Positions 1 to 10,515 of a stretch of DNA of 64,000 nt are shown piece after piece. The DNA is from Planctomycetota bacterium. GTDB lineage: Bacteria; Planctomycetota; PLA2; JAEUHO01. The notes under the pieces are model-generated. The model did no database searches, had not been told where the DNA came from, and saw only the letters and a program-made list of their open reading frames with translations. The position numbers and the translations under genes were made by a program. Numbering within the stretch: the stretch's first letter is position 1; each line of letters starts with the position of its first letter. The stretch is from positions 1,824,001-1,888,000 of the forward strand of contig CBDCTJ010000007.1 of assembly GCA_965222115.1 (NCBI GenBank), read 5' to 3'.

Positions 1-203
1 GAAGCATCGAACGCAACGCCATCGATGACGACCGATCCATCTTGTTCAATGACGCCGGTGCGAAATGTGGGCTTTCCCGTACCGCTAATGCCGCCGCCGA
101 ATGTAGCGCCGCCGCCGCCACCGCCACATCCGGACACCATTAAGAGACTTGTGGCCAACACGGCAACACGAAACAAAACGTTGTGAAAATGGATGCTACT
201 CAT
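1..203 (-). CDS. DUF5666-like lipoprotein, N-terminal part (runs off the window)
   Basis: Not in the ORF track. Manual translation from ATG at 203 gives MSSIHFHNVLFRVAVLATSLLMVSGCGGGGGGATFGGGISGTG...GSVVIDGVAFD: lipobox plus the GGIxGTG/GSxxIxGVxFD motifs typical of DUF5666 proteins. Its start overlaps the DUF6502 stop (ATGA). Confidence 0.7.
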   Translation of the reverse strand, partial: MSSIHFHNVLFRVAVLATSLLMVSGCGGGGGGATFGGGISGTGKPTFRTGVIEQDGSVVIDGVAFDA

Positions 204-1057
204 TGCGAATCCTCGGGATCTTCACTGGTATTGGATTGATTGTCTCGATGCGACACAGGGCGGTTGTCAAAGTAGAAGACACCCATGCCCGCCGTATGGC
301 GGCCTGTTCCTTCTGCGCTGGGGTTGGCGTCGCGATCGTGCTTTGCCATCTCAGCATCTAGGCGCTCAAGCAACGTTTGTCCATGTTTAACAATGAACTG
401 ATGAATGATCGGAAGCGACTCTTCCGGAAGGTTGTCATACAGCACGCGTCGCTGAAATTTGGGTGCGGTACCCTGTGTGAGATTGTGTTGAATGGTCTGA
501 ATTAGACCGCCGACGTCGGTACCCAAGACTTCCAATGCCTGGGGTTCGCTCGTGCGGGGCACATACGCACGCGCCAAAAGTTTGACGCGCTTCTTGTCGA
601 TGACTTGGGCGGTTTCGACGCGCTCCAATTCATCAAGTACAGCTCGCGTGGGCACATCGCCACCGAACTCTCGCACAAGTGAATCGAAACTTGGCTCGTC
701 TCCATCGATTGGAAGTTCGAGGGGTAGACCGCAGTCATCGGTGTAGCGGTCCTCGCGAATCCAGCCCGTAACCACACGCGCCGCGCGGTGGTGGCGAGAT
801 CGTTCTGCCTTCGCCGTCGGTCGTTGGGTGTCACGAATGCGAGCGATGTCTTTGCGTGTCAAACCCGTGAGTACCGACAGGCGAGACGTTGACATTTTGC
901 GGCCTTCCACCGGTCCCTGCGCTTCACCCGCCTCGACGAATGCAAATTTCGCCCACTCCGAAAACGTTCGGAACGGGATGCCGTGCTCAACGAGAAGTCC
1001 AGCCAATGGCTTGAGCAGGCGAACTACGGCGTCGGCCAGGGGATCGCTCGAACTCAT
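200..1057 (-). CDS. DUF6502 family protein (probable HTH regulator)
   Basis: Motifs LLKPLAGLLVEHGI, SRLSVLTGLTRKDI (HTH-like), GDVPTRAVLDEL, FQRRVLYDNL; adjacent to a DUF5666-like gene as is usual for this family. Confidence 0.8.
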   Translation of the reverse strand: MSSSDPLADAVVRLLKPLAGLLVEHGIPFRTFSEWAKFAFVEAGEAQGPVEGRKMSTSRLSVLTGLTRKDIARIRDTQRPTAKAERSRHHRAARVVTGWIREDRYTDDCGLPLELPIDGDEPSFDSLVREFGGDVPTRAVLDELERVETAQVIDKKRVKLLARAYVPRTSEPQALEVLGTDVGGLIQTIQHNLTQGTAPKFQRRVLYDNLPEESLPIIHQFIVKHGQTLLERLDAEMAKHDRDANPSAEGTGRHTAGMGVFYFDNRPVSHRDNQSNTSEDPEDSQ

Positions 1058-1058
1058 G

Positions 1059-1119
1059 TTGGGAAAATAATCCCAAAATTTATCTTGGCAAGTCCTATAT
1101 TTTGGGATATTTTTCCCAA
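1059..1119. promoter_or_regulatory. Two palindromic operator-like sites TTGGGA-N6-TCCCAA
   Basis: ttggga-aaataa-tcccaa (1059-1076) and ttggga-tatttt-tcccaa (1102-1119) lie in the AT-rich divergent intergenic region. Confidence 0.7.
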
Positions 1120-1161
1120 ATATGGTCGCGTCTCGGTGACTCGGCCCTGAAAGGAGCCCAA

Positions 1162-2328
1162 ATGAACTGTTCGAGCCTCTTGAATGTCACGGTTGGCTTA
1201 GCACTTCTCCTCGCGATCCCCGGATGTGGAGGATCGGGCGGAGGCGGTAATGGCGGACCATCTGGAACACTCTCCACACTGACGCGTGGCAACATCACGT
1301 CGGTCGATGGGGACTCGGGAAACGTCGCAGACGTACTTGTGCACGTGCCCATGCTGGGCCGTTCGGCGCGCAGCGCCATCGATGGGACTTTTGATCTGGG
1401 CGCGCTGCCCGCCGCGGTCGTGGAATTGACGTTTGCTGCTCCCAATGGAACGACGGATGCAGTTCCCGTTGATCTGTCACGCGGTGGGAGCGCAGTGATT
1501 CGCGTAGCGCTAGACCGACGGGACGGCACCCGAACCAGTGTCGAGTCGTGCGATGGCGAAGACGGTGAGAATGAAACGCGCGCCGCGTTGCAGTCGATCT
1601 CGCCTCCCGTGACCGGCCACGTAGACATTCGTGCACGTACAAGCGGCGACATGAAACTGGAGATGGAGGCAGAGCATCTCGTGCCCGGTCAACTAGTTGA
1701 GTTCTTTGTTGCCGATGCGAGCGGTGCTGAGGTCAGTCTTGGTGTTGTCGCGGCTAACGCATTGGGTGATTCGGAAGTCGAGATCGAAACCGAGCACGGA
1801 GGCGTTCTTCCATTTGGCGTGGACGACGTGCGCGACCTCGAAGGTTTCGATGTAACCGTACGCGATGTCTCGTCCGGGAGCGATCTGCTTACAGGCGAGA
1901 TTCCCGCTCTGGGGATCGTGCCTTCGAGTTGCGGCAATGGGGGTGGAGGCGGCGACGATGATACCGACAACAGAGGGCGTCGGCGTCTAACCAATGCACC
2001 GGGCGTGACGGGCGAAGCCGATGTTGAACTCGAAAGTCGACCTGATCGCGGTGAAGAGGAGTTCGAAGTGAAGGTGGAATTCACCAATGTGACCGGCGGC
2101 TTGGAAGTATTCCTAGAGGGTGATTCCAGAGCACTGGAAAGCATCGGCGTGCTCACGTTGGACGACGACGGTGATCTCAAACTTGAGTTCGAAACCGACG
2201 ACGGCGATACGCTGCCCTTTGGCGTTTCGAGTGTGTCTGAACTTGTCGGACGCGCGATCGAGATTCGTCGCGTGAGTGACGGTACAGTTGCTTACAGCGG
2301 AATTACGCCTCCCATGAATCCATCGTAG
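1162..2328 (+). CDS. Acidic lipoprotein with two internally repeated beta domains
   Basis: AAGGAG RBS at 1151-1156 before ATG 1162; lipobox LLAIPG-C, Gly linker; duplicated segment (ETEHGGVLPFGV / ETDDGDTLPFGV). Confidence 0.65.
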   Translation: MNCSSLLNVTVGLALLLAIPGCGGSGGGGNGGPSGTLSTLTRGNITSVDGDSGNVADVLVHVPMLGRSARSAIDGTFDLGALPAAVVELTFAAPNGTTDAVPVDLSRGGSAVIRVALDRRDGTRTSVESCDGEDGENETRAALQSISPPVTGHVDIRARTSGDMKLEMEAEHLVPGQLVEFFVADASGAEVSLGVVAANALGDSEVEIETEHGGVLPFGVDDVRDLEGFDVTVRDVSSGSDLLTGEIPALGIVPSSCGNGGGGGDDDTDNRGRRRLTNAPGVTGEADVELESRPDRGEEEFEVKVEFTNVTGGLEVFLEGDSRALESIGVLTLDDDGDLKLEFETDDGDTLPFGVSSVSELVGRAIEIRRVSDGTVAYSGITPPMNPS

Positions 2329-2420
2329 CCATCGAATCCTTGGCCGTGCCCGACGCGAAGATCGTGTTGGGCACCGCTCTAATTTCGCGTGAGCGTCGCG
2401 GCGATCGTTAGAGTGATCTC

Positions 2421-4397
2421 ATGTCGAGCCGATCGTCGCCACGCCTAAGAAGAGCAGTACTCTTGGCGTTAGCGCTGTTGGGTGTGTTGCTGTTGGTTTG
2501 GTTGCTCGTTGTTCTGCCCGAGCTTGAGCAGTCTGAAGTCGAACTCCAAGACGACACTGCAAATGCAGCCACGAGTGACAACCAGAGCTTGAGCGCCGGT
2601 GACGGTGGCCCCCAACTCAAGGGCCAAGATGCTTCACTTACCTCGACGCGAAACGACGAATCGGAATCCAACTCGAAATCAACGTTAGCTCGTCGTGTAT
2701 ACGGCACGGTCAAAGACGATGAAGGTCGGCCCGTCGTTGGTGCGCGCATCGATGTTAGAGTACATTGGAGTGATTGGGCCGCGATGCCCCTGAGCATGTA
2801 CGAACTCGCGCCTCCAATTTTGACCAATCAAGACGGCGGTTATTCGGTTGATCTCAATCGAATCGCAGATATTTCACCTCGCGTAGAGTGGATTTCAGTA
2901 CAAGCGATTGCGTCGGGCCATATCTGCAAGTCACGAACGTTCGTGTTGAAAGTCTCGCCGCATCAAGTCCAGTGTGATTTCGTAGCAGATTGCCGCGGCA
3001 TTGGTTTACGTGGGAGGCTTCTTGACAATGACGGTCGTCCTTTACCGCACACCTCGTTTAGAGTCGTCAAGCTGCCACGCTTGCCTACTTCAGGAGGCGA
3101 ACACGTTGTATGGCGTATAGTCGGAAAATTGCGGCCCGATAGTGCAGGTCGATTCATGTTCACATTGGACGAGTCAGGTAGCTACGCGATTTTGTATGTC
3201 TTGGACAAACGCTGTGTGCACATTCACCCGTTCGAGGTTTCCAATATTCAAGCGGGCGTCGTTGATCTTGCAGAGATTCGGAGTCCCGATGCACACTCAC
3301 TCGATGTGAATTGCTACGCATCGGGTGTCCGATTTGACCCATTACTTCAAATTGAGCCATTGGGGGTGAAGGCGAGCGCGGGGCCAAGCGAATCTTCCAG
3401 AGTGGCCGTCTTAGTCAATGGTGTATGGCGAGTTAGTCCAGCTAAGGCGGTAAGTGAGTCGGCGGGCAAAGAGGACGGGCCATCGGCAAGCTTCTATCCT
3501 CTATACGACGCCTCCTATCAAATACGTGCTTCAGGGTCACACGTGCACGCAAGCTGCCAAATGCAACGCAGCATCAATCCGCCGTTTCCAGCTAACATCG
3601 ATCTTCAGCTGACTGGATCCGTAGTTGCATTTCGCTGGAGTCGTAAGCCTATGGCTTGGAAGCTTCCAGGGTTGATTGTTCACGAGAAAGGTCGGTGGCG
3701 TGACCTGGTCGGCTATGACAACTATTTAGCACCCGCGAACACTGAACTGACCGTTGGTGTCAAGTGCGAAGGAGGGAAGTACGTGCTACACGAGTTCGTT
3801 TCCCCGCCGGAGGGCAGCCGCATGACTTGGAGCGTACCCGATTTGAAATTCGGTGGGTCCGTTTCCATTCGCGTAATTGATGAGCACGGGAAGCCGATAC
3901 CCGCTGAACTCGAAGTGCACCGCGTCGGAGATCAGGCGCGCACGCAAAAATCGCTGAGTTATCACGGTAGTCCTGAAGATCTGGTCTTTGACCGAGTTCC
4001 TATCGGCCGTTATCTGCTTAGAAATCGTGTATACGATGAGGCGAACTACTCAATTGAATCGTACACAGAGTTTGAAATTGAAGCGAGCCAGCGCTCCGAC
4101 GTGGTGCTTGCCTTAACGCGCGGCGGCCGCGCGCGGTTTGAGATCACTCCTGCGGTTGCGGACTCAGTTCCTTATGTAGATCTGCGCATGGTTCCACGTT
4201 TGCCTGACGAGCACGAGCATTGGGTTCATACAGATTCGGGGAGATTCCTGACGAGGACGAGGGATCCTGTGCCCGCTGGAACTTACGTTGCAACTATTGG
4301 CCTCAATGGAACTCGAGAGATTCAGCGTGAGGTAGTAGTCAAGAAAGGAGAGATCACTGTCGTACGCGTGGACTTGCGCGAGAAGTCGGCCAAGTAG
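2421..4397 (+). CDS. Carboxypeptidase-regulatory-like (transthyretin-like) domain membrane-anchored protein
   Basis: N-terminal TM helix; repeated GxVxDxxGxPV motifs (GTVKDDEGRPVVGARI, GRLLDNDGRPL, VIDEHGKPI). Confidence 0.65.
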   Translation: MSSRSSPRLRRAVLLALALLGVLLLVWLLVVLPELEQSEVELQDDTANAATSDNQSLSAGDGGPQLKGQDASLTSTRNDESESNSKSTLARRVYGTVKDDEGRPVVGARIDVRVHWSDWAAMPLSMYELAPPILTNQDGGYSVDLNRIADISPRVEWISVQAIASGHICKSRTFVLKVSPHQVQCDFVADCRGIGLRGRLLDNDGRPLPHTSFRVVKLPRLPTSGGEHVVWRIVGKLRPDSAGRFMFTLDESGSYAILYVLDKRCVHIHPFEVSNIQAGVVDLAEIRSPDAHSLDVNCYASGVRFDPLLQIEPLGVKASAGPSESSRVAVLVNGVWRVSPAKAVSESAGKEDGPSASFYPLYDASYQIRASGSHVHASCQMQRSINPPFPANIDLQLTGSVVAFRWSRKPMAWKLPGLIVHEKGRWRDLVGYDNYLAPANTELTVGVKCEGGKYVLHEFVSPPEGSRMTWSVPDLKFGGSVSIRVIDEHGKPIPAELEVHRVGDQARTQKSLSYHGSPEDLVFDRVPIGRYLLRNRVYDEANYSIESYTEFEIEASQRSDVVLALTRGGRARFEITPAVADSVPYVDLRMVPRLPDEHEHWVHTDSGRFLTRTRDPVPAGTYVATIGLNGTREIQREVVVKKGEITVVRVDLREKSAK

Positions 4398-4518
4398 ATC
4401 GGGGGCCGGGCCTATCAAGACCCGCCGGCTTGGCAAGGGGCCTTGCCACTCATGGGAAACCCTGCGGTTCCGTGTTTGAATCCTCGCGCTCCGCAGTGGG
4501 GCCAGGATCCAGATCATT

Positions 4519-6690
4519 ATGTCCAACGCCGATGCACGACCCGAGAGCAGCCTCGATGAACAACGTCAAGTTCGTCTTAGCAAGCTTGAGCTGTTGCGCG
4601 AGGCGGGTATTCAGCCCTATGCCGATCGCTTTGCGCGCAATCACTGCATGGTGTCGGCGCGCATGCAGGCTGAGCAGCAGGAGAGTGAAGATCCCAGTGG
4701 GGACGAAGTGCGCGTCGCCGGGCGTGTGATGACCGTGCGCAAATTTGGCAAGCTCCTCTTTTGCCATATGCAGGATGCGTCGGGACGTTGTCAGATTGCA
4801 ATGGATGAACGCACGATTGGCAAAGAGAGCATGGCGCTCTTTGATCGAGTTGTAGATCTCGGCGATCATATTGGCGTAGTAGGGAAGACCGGTCGCACGA
4901 AAAAAGGGGAGCCCACCGTGTGGGCCGATTCGTGGACCTTCCTCAGCAAGACGCTGCGACCGCTGCCCGAGAAGTGGAAGGGCCTCTCCGATATTGAAGC
5001 GCGTCAACGCGAGCGCTACCTCGATCTCGTATCAAATCCCGAGACGCGCCAACGATTTCGATTTCGCACCAAGTTCATCAAGGCGCTGCGTGCCTACCTC
5101 GATGCGCATCGGTTCGAAGAAGTGGATACGCCGGTCCTGCAAACCAAGGCAAGCGGCGCGCTTGCAAAGCCGTTCATTTCCCATCACAACGCACTCGATA
5201 TGCAAGTTGTGTTGCGCATTGCACCCGAGACGTGGCTCAAGCAATGCGTGGCCGGTGGACTCGATCGTGTTTACGAGATTGCGCGTTGCTTTCGCAATGA
5301 GGGCATGGATCCAAGCCATCTCCAAGACTTCAGCATGTGTGAGTGGTACGCGGCCTATTGGAACTTTCACGACAATATGGATTTCACCGAGGGGTTGATT
5401 CTTCATCTCCTCGATGAGTTGCTTGGCACCCGCAAGATCACCGTGGGCGAGAACGAGATCGACTTTGCACCACCTTGGCCTCGCGTGTCTATGCGCGACT
5501 TGATCAAAGGCGACTCCGGCATTGACATCGCGATGTTCGAAACGGCCGAAGCACTGCGCATCGAAGTCGCGTCGCGCGGCATTCAGTTGGAACGGGACGA
5601 CCTGGAGAAGCTTGGCCGCGGCACGTTGATTGATTTGCTTTACAAGAAAGTGAGTCGTCCCAAGCTCGTTTCGCCTGTGTTTGTCATGGAGCACCCGGCC
5701 GATCTGTCGCCCCTCGCGCGCAAAAACGACGAGGATCCCACTAAGACCGACCGCTATCAGCTCGTCGTGAACACGTGGGAAGTGGTCAACGCCTATTCCG
5801 AGTTGATTGATCCGCTTGATCAGCGCCAACGTTTTGAGCAGCAGGCCGATGCACGCGCAGCGGGCGACGACGAAGCGCTGGAAGTTGATGAGGACTACTT
5901 GCTATGCATGGAGCATGGCATGCCGCCCATGTCCGGGTGGGGGATGGGCATCGAGCGCTTTGTCGCGTTGCTCACTGGGCAAGAGAACTTGCGCGAAGTT
6001 GTTCTCTTTCCGCTGATGAAGCCGATCGCCAAGACGCAAGTCGACGCGCGCGACACGAGTTCATCGAGTGGGGGAGATGGCCCGGAAACGATGTCGGCTG
6101 AGTGGCGCGAACTGCTGGGCACACCCGCCGACGATGTTGATGATGTTGGCCTCACCATGGAGCAGGCGCGCGCGCTATTTGACGAGTGGGTCGAGACACC
6201 AAGCCTCCGTCGCCAAATGGAGATGACGTCTACGTTGATGGGCGCACTTGCCGAACACCGCGGCGCGAACGTGGAAGCCTGGAAGATCATTGGTCTGCTT
6301 CACAATCTCGACTTCGATCGCGAGAAGTCACCTGAGAAACACTGCCTTGTAGCGGCCAAAGTACTCAAGGAAGCTGGGATGCACCCTTCGGCGATTCACG
6401 CCATTGCCGCTCACAACGACAAGAACTTGCATGCTGAAACCGGCATCAAGTGCATTTCAGCGCTCGACCACGCGGTTTCATGTTGCGAAGCCGTTGTCGG
6501 CCTTGCGCATGCAGCAGCGCAAGTGCTCCCCAGCAAGTCGATCAAGGACTTAAAGCTAAAGAGTCTCCGCAAACGCTTCCGCAACGCCAAGTTCGCCGCC
6601 AACGTTGAGCGCGATTTGATTGAGCGTTGTTCGGGGCTGGGGTTGGAGTTGGATGCGTTCTTCGACATCGTGCTCAAGGCGCTTGCATAG
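4519..6690 (+). CDS. lysS: Lysine--tRNA ligase (class II) with C-terminal HD-like domain
   Basis: OB-fold AGRVM..R..GK, RERYLDL, LRIAPE, motif 2 FRNEG, motif 3 GWGMGIER, VVLFP; about 200 extra C-terminal residues. Confidence 0.95.
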   Translation: MSNADARPESSLDEQRQVRLSKLELLREAGIQPYADRFARNHCMVSARMQAEQQESEDPSGDEVRVAGRVMTVRKFGKLLFCHMQDASGRCQIAMDERTIGKESMALFDRVVDLGDHIGVVGKTGRTKKGEPTVWADSWTFLSKTLRPLPEKWKGLSDIEARQRERYLDLVSNPETRQRFRFRTKFIKALRAYLDAHRFEEVDTPVLQTKASGALAKPFISHHNALDMQVVLRIAPETWLKQCVAGGLDRVYEIARCFRNEGMDPSHLQDFSMCEWYAAYWNFHDNMDFTEGLILHLLDELLGTRKITVGENEIDFAPPWPRVSMRDLIKGDSGIDIAMFETAEALRIEVASRGIQLERDDLEKLGRGTLIDLLYKKVSRPKLVSPVFVMEHPADLSPLARKNDEDPTKTDRYQLVVNTWEVVNAYSELIDPLDQRQRFEQQADARAAGDDEALEVDEDYLLCMEHGMPPMSGWGMGIERFVALLTGQENLREVVLFPLMKPIAKTQVDARDTSSSSGGDGPETMSAEWRELLGTPADDVDDVGLTMEQARALFDEWVETPSLRRQMEMTSTLMGALAEHRGANVEAWKIIGLLHNLDFDREKSPEKHCLVAAKVLKEAGMHPSAIHAIAAHNDKNLHAETGIKCISALDHAVSCCEAVVGLAHAAAQVLPSKSIKDLKLKSLRKRFRNAKFAANVERDLIERCSGLGLELDAFFDIVLKALA

Positions 6691-6936
6691 AGCGAACGTG
6701 GTGTTGGTTCGTTGTCCAGGCGACTCACACGCGTCCTCGCGCACCGGCGCTCAAACTATTATAGCATGTTGAGTGCGAGCCCTGGCGCGAGCGCATTCCG
6801 AATGAGTTGAGCCTCACTTCGTTTAGGTCTTTGTCTCTCGTTTGCAGGGTCGGATCTGACGTGGAACTTCATTGTGTGTAGCATGGTGAAGAGTTGGCCG
6901 CAAAGTCGCGTAGACCTTCGTGCTGGGAGCATGCGA

Positions 6937-9900
6937 ATGAACAATCGTCTCGCGACTGCTGATCTCGGCTCCGTGATCTTTGAGAATCCTATTTTTCGAA
7001 TGTACAAACTTCGCGGCGAGCAGCAGACGCCGCTCGTTGCTTGTGTGCTTCGACCCTCGCTGTTTCGACGGGTTGAGGATGTGTGGGTGGCAATTGAGCA
7101 CATTGAGTCCATTCCACGTGTGTTTCATCCCGCCGTCTTGCAGGTGGTGCGTACCGGCCACATCGAGCTTCCGGAAGGGGATGTTCCCTACTTTTTGGCG
7201 CCGGATCTCTGTCAGTTTAAGTTGTCCTCTCGCCTGTCACGGATCGTGCAAGCACCTATGCACGCCAAGTTGGATGTTCTTATTCAGGTGACGGAGGGTT
7301 TGGCAGAACTCCATGACGCGGGCGTCCTGCATGGAAATCTCTCGCCCGACGAGATTTACGTCGATGATCAGACACGGCCCCTAATTGCTGGTTATGGCCT
7401 ATCGTTTCTACTCGAGCATCCACTTACCGCAGCGTCCGATGGCGTAACGCAAGGACTACGACCGATCCGATCGATTCGATATGCCGCGCCAGAGCAACTC
7501 TGCGTAGGGGCGCCGATAGACTCACGCGCTGACATGTTCGCGTTGGGACTGATACTGTGCGAAATTGTCTCGGGACGGCATCCGTTTGATTCAATCTCGC
7601 CTTCAATCCAGATACAAGCGAGGCTCCATGAGCCACAGGCGGGGATTCGGTTCGGCTCGTCCGAACTCGCCACTCGACTGAGTGCAATCGCCCGTGCGTT
7701 GGTCCACCCCGATCCATCTCGTCGCCCGTCAACGCTACTCAGTGTCCTCAAGCAATTGTATGAACTCAAGAAACACAATAAGGAGCTAGCGCGATCCATT
7801 CAGTCTGGCGACGAATGCGCTACCGATGAGCTACCCCTCGGACGCGAAGGAGCGTTTTCCACGATGCTTCGCGTTGCGCTCGCGCCGACGCCTGCGAACG
7901 CCCCTCTTGTAGAGGTACGCGGCGATTCGGGAATGGGCAAGACGTATCTGCTGGATGCTCTACAACGCTCGCTTCGGTCGCGTGGTCGTAAGGTTGTGTA
8001 CTGCGTGTTCGATGATCTTGGTAGACAGGACATGCTGCAGGCCCTACGTCGCGGAATGCACGGGTCGGGCATCGATGTTGAGGGCGCATCCGATTTCGTC
8101 GGCCATATGCACGCACTTCAGCGAGCGTCCGGGGTCACAATTGTCGTCGACGATGCGCAGTGGGCCCCTCCTCATTCGATTCGGACACTGCACAAGCTGC
8201 TCAGGCGACACGGGCCCCGGAATGCATGTCTCGTGGTTGCTCGACGTGGAGAGGGCGACGATGGCGCGCAGGGTGGCGATGCGATGAAAGATCTGACCTC
8301 CGCGGATGGTCCCATATCTATTCCATTGCTACCGTGGAGTTCGTCAACCTCGTTGCGTTTTCTCCAGCGCCACTGTCGTTCCAGGGAAACGGCGCGTATC
8401 TTGCTACGCGCGTTTCTTCGATCGACTCGCGGCATACCACTACTCGCCGTGCATTGGTTGCAGGATCTCATCAGCGAAGGCGTAGTTAGGTCCAACGAGG
8501 ATGGAAATTTCCGCGTGGACAGCCTGGTTGAGCTTGAGCGGCATGTAAGTTCCACGTCCGGAGATGATGATGGGTGGATCTTGCGCCGCATTGTCCCCAA
8601 GCATCGTGCAATGCTTGACGTTGCGGCGTGCGATGGAATGGACTGGGACGTGGACATTGTTGCGCAGGCGATAGGCGTACCGGTGGATGATGTTCACGAC
8701 GCATTGGCGGATCTTCGTCGCGAGGGGATCGTTACGTGTGTCGAAGATGAGGTCTATCGATTCGCACACTACAGATTGCGTGATGCCGTTGTCTCTGAGC
8801 TTCCGAGTCACGCGAAGACAAGCATCCATCTTGCTCTAGCCGGCCTATACTCGGATCGGCACAGCCGTCAAGGGGATACAGGCGCAATGGCCAAGACGCA
8901 GTCCTTGGAGCATTGTTTGACTGCGGGTTCGCGGGCAATCGATCAGAATGACGTGCTCCCAGCTGCTCACTATCTCATGGGTAGCCAGCAGGGTAGGCGC
9001 GCGCTGATGCTCCTCGACGCGTCTTTATCGATGTCTAATCTGCTTACTGGTCGTGTGCGGGTCGAGGCCATGTTGTTTCAAGCCGATGTATACCAATTCT
9101 TGGGACAACTGAATGATCTGCCGCAGCGTCAGCTACAAGCCGCCGAGGTCGCTCGCGGCATCCCGGCGCGCGATCTTGAAGCTGTGTCTATCCAGCGTGC
9201 ATTTTGCGGGCAGATGGTGAAACTGAAATACGAGGCGCTACACCCGTTTGCGAAACGCGTCATGAAGACGGCGCGTGATTCTCACGTTGATCGCATCGAA
9301 TGCGGCGCCCTCTTGGCACTTACGCGCTCGGATCAGCTCTTGGGGAATCCGAGAGGCGCTGTGAAGCGTGCGGCTCAAGTTTTGCGGCGAAGTGACCAGC
9401 GAATTGGAAACGACTTGCGATTGAGTGCTCGTGTCCAAATGATGGAATCGTTGAGCTATATGGGAGCCGCACATCAGGCTGCGTGCTTGGCCCCAGAGGC
9501 GATTGACGCTGCCTGCCAATGGCAGGAACCCACATGGGAGGTAATTCTTCGAAATCAGTTGGCAACAAACCTATCCACGCTTGGCCGAACTCGCGAGGCC
9601 ATCCACCAAATTGCACGTTCCGCGTTGGCGTGTGAGCGTTGTGGCTGGCATACCGCTCGCTCCGCGATTGCTACAGCGCGCGCGTCTGCGCTCGCCGTCA
9701 TGGGACTTCACGAACCATGTCTGAGATTGCTAAAACAGTCTCGCGCGCGCACGGAAGCTTCGGGCGACGAAATGGGTGTGCGAGACATCGATGGTTTGAT
9801 TGCAAGTGCGCACTTTAGAGTTGGCCGTTACGGAGACGCCCTTGAGTTAATGGGTCGTGTCATTAAGGGCGATGAGGAGCATGGACAGTCCCTTCTCGCG

Positions 9901-10515
9901 CTAGATTTGTGTGTCGAGTTTGGGCGTATGCTCGACGCGGTCGGCGAGACGGCAAAGGCATTGGAAAGGCTTGCACAGACCGTCAAGAAGGCGAAGCGCG
10001 CATCTCGTCATCGTGTGCGAGCGGCAGCGAATGCGGCGCGTGCAGAAATACTTTGGCGCGCAGGTGAACGCCAACCCGCGTTGGACTTCAATGCGTCGGC
10101 ATTGGCTTGCTATGAGCGCATTGGCGGAGACGTAAGTCGCCACGTTCGCGCCCTCTCTCTTCGTGCAAGCGATGCGTCGCGTCGTGGTAATCATGAGTCG
10201 GCTCACCGCGACTGGCAGTCGGCCATGGATCTCGCAGAAGTAGATGGGATTCGCCATATAGCTGTTGCCCCTCGCGTCCGCCTTGCGCTCTGTGGCGTCG
10301 GCAATCTTGAGGACGCGCTCAATTCGTATCGATGCAGCGCGGGACGAATGTCTATGCACGACCGAGTTGACCTGTTGAAGGAGGTCGTGAACTCGACACG
10401 TGACGAAGAGTTTAGAGACGAACTATCGAGTCTCCGTGCGTGCATTCAAGGTCGCCTGCCGGTCGAGTATCGCACGGTTCGGGTGCCCGTATTCGTTTCG
10501 CCTACATTTGCATAG
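6937..10515 (+). CDS. Pseudokinase-STAND (AAA) NTPase-winged helix-TPR protein
   Basis: Kinase fold (YAAPEQ, DSRADMFALG) with degenerate catalytic motifs; Walker A GDSGMGKT, Walker B IVVDDAQW, YRFAH, helical TPR-like C-terminus. Start uncertain (6874/6931/6937). Confidence 0.75.
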   Translation: MNNRLATADLGSVIFENPIFRMYKLRGEQQTPLVACVLRPSLFRRVEDVWVAIEHIESIPRVFHPAVLQVVRTGHIELPEGDVPYFLAPDLCQFKLSSRLSRIVQAPMHAKLDVLIQVTEGLAELHDAGVLHGNLSPDEIYVDDQTRPLIAGYGLSFLLEHPLTAASDGVTQGLRPIRSIRYAAPEQLCVGAPIDSRADMFALGLILCEIVSGRHPFDSISPSIQIQARLHEPQAGIRFGSSELATRLSAIARALVHPDPSRRPSTLLSVLKQLYELKKHNKELARSIQSGDECATDELPLGREGAFSTMLRVALAPTPANAPLVEVRGDSGMGKTYLLDALQRSLRSRGRKVVYCVFDDLGRQDMLQALRRGMHGSGIDVEGASDFVGHMHALQRASGVTIVVDDAQWAPPHSIRTLHKLLRRHGPRNACLVVARRGEGDDGAQGGDAMKDLTSADGPISIPLLPWSSSTSLRFLQRHCRSRETARILLRAFLRSTRGIPLLAVHWLQDLISEGVVRSNEDGNFRVDSLVELERHVSSTSGDDDGWILRRIVPKHRAMLDVAACDGMDWDVDIVAQAIGVPVDDVHDALADLRREGIVTCVEDEVYRFAHYRLRDAVVSELPSHAKTSIHLALAGLYSDRHSRQGDTGAMAKTQSLEHCLTAGSRAIDQNDVLPAAHYLMGSQQGRRALMLLDASLSMSNLLTGRVRVEAMLFQADVYQFLGQLNDLPQRQLQAAEVARGIPARDLEAVSIQRAFCGQMVKLKYEALHPFAKRVMKTARDSHVDRIECGALLALTRSDQLLGNPRGAVKRAAQVLRRSDQRIGNDLRLSARVQMMESLSYMGAAHQAACLAPEAIDAACQWQEPTWEVILRNQLATNLSTLGRTREAIHQIARSALACERCGWHTARSAIATARASALAVMGLHEPCLRLLKQSRARTEASGDEMGVRDIDGLIASAHFRVGRYGDALELMGRVIKGDEEHGQSLLALDLCVEFGRMLDAVGETAKALERLAQTVKKAKRASRHRVRAAANAARAEILWRAGERQPALDFNASALACYERIGGDVSRHVRALSLRASDASRRGNHESAHRDWQSAMDLAEVDGIRHIAVAPRVRLALCGVGNLEDALNSYRCSAGRMSMHDRVDLLKEVVNSTRDEEFRDELSSLRACIQGRLPVEYRTVRVPVFVSPTFA

